Origin: Narcine bancroftii
Taxonomy: Eukaryota
Assembly (NCBI RefSeq): GCF_036971445.1
Contig: NC_091469.1
Span: 305,350,001-305,414,000, forward strand
Reading direction: 5' to 3'
DNA length: 64,000 nt
Positions 63,097 to 64,000 of this stretch are shown piece by piece. The notes under the pieces are model-generated. The model was not told where the DNA came from. It was given only the letters and a program-made list of their open reading frames with translations, and did not search any database. Every line of letters starts with the position of its first letter. Position 1 is the first letter of the stretch. Both the position numbers and the translations under genes were made by a program.

Positions 63097-64000
63097 TTCC
63101 ACGAGAAAGTGATATCTAATGGAGACATAAGAGTGATTATTGATTAAAATGGGATCACTGTTCATCCTCTTAGTTTAAGACAGTATGCTTTACATTCAAC
63201 GTTAACATGGTTAGCACACCAGTCAGTCCAATGTTGTTACATCGCCAGCAACTTGGGTTTGAATCCAGTGCTGTCTCTAAGGAGTTCTCCCTGTGTCTGC
63301 ATGGATTTCCTCTGAGTGTTCTCATTTCCTACCACCATTCAAATGCATACCAGAGGTATAAGTCAATTGGGTGTAATTGGGCAGCACAGACTCGTGGTCT
63401 GAAAGGGCCTGTACTATTGTCTACGTCTAAATCTTTAAAAAATTTAATTCAAAATGTAAAAACAACATTCTCATTTCAATGCTAACATTGTGCTTTTCAT
63501 TCCAAGTGGTATCGATCATAAAGTTAATCAAATCTAATTCAATATGAGAAAGTGAAATATAATTTAACTTGCTTGGCAGGAAACTGCAGAGTTAAGTAAT
63601 CCACTCTGTCAGGGTGTGAAACAGTCCCCTATGAGTAGATTAAATTAAAGTCACCTCTAGCATTTGATGGTGATAGGGGAAAAAATGAACCTGGGCCTTA
63701 CAAACTAATTCTGCTTAACCTTGGTGATGGAAAGACTTTGAAAAATAAATAATCCCAAAGAAACTTAGCAGGACTTGGTTAAATATATGGTAATAATGGA
63801 AAACTAATACAGAGTTAAAGACAAATCATGTGACAATTTTATTGCATTTACTTTTGATGAGGCAACAGAGAAGATGGGTGAGAACCGCAGAGCTGATGTT
63901 TTGAATGTAGACATTAAAATTATCTTTCAATTAGCCTGTTAACCTAATCCTTCAATTCGTATTAAACTATTTGAACTAAATTGAAGACCATGGAATAGAA

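Noticed and set aside
63097-63165. 23-aa N-terminal extension of RAG1
   Set aside because: Spans a splice acceptor (AG at 63117-63116); most likely intron plus 5'UTR.
1-64000. CRISPR arrays, operons or prokaryotic defence systems
   Set aside because: Vertebrate DNA; no repeat-spacer arrays or prokaryotic genes seen.

Overview
Eukaryotic (jawed-vertebrate) genomic DNA, AT- and repeat-rich, containing the V(D)J recombinase locus. RAG2 (+, 51304-52863) and RAG1 (-, 59962-63096; the ORF track extends to 63165) are intact, intronless in their CDS and arranged tail-to-tail about 7.1 kb apart. Protein divergence, the intronless RAG1 CDS and the repeat landscape (CR1, Rex1, Penelope, tRNA-SINEs) suggest a cartilaginous fish; this is inference. 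Upstream of RAG2 on the minus strand, and missing from the ORF track, are exons of IFTAP/NWC (C11orf74), the conserved third gene of the RAG locus. They carry several disabling lesions, so the gene looks pseudogenised. The rest is mostly transposable-element debris: a young RTE-clade LINE (AviRTE-like; at least 7 copies, two pairs of which are inverted repeats upstream of the RAG2 coding exon), a Chapaev3-type CMC transposon relic, hAT, Tigger and Harbinger-like non-autonomous elements, and a composite MITE present three times. There is one 163-N gap. No prokaryotic-type system is present, and nearly all short ORFs in the track are TE fragments or noise. Family assignments rest on motif recall, not on database searches.
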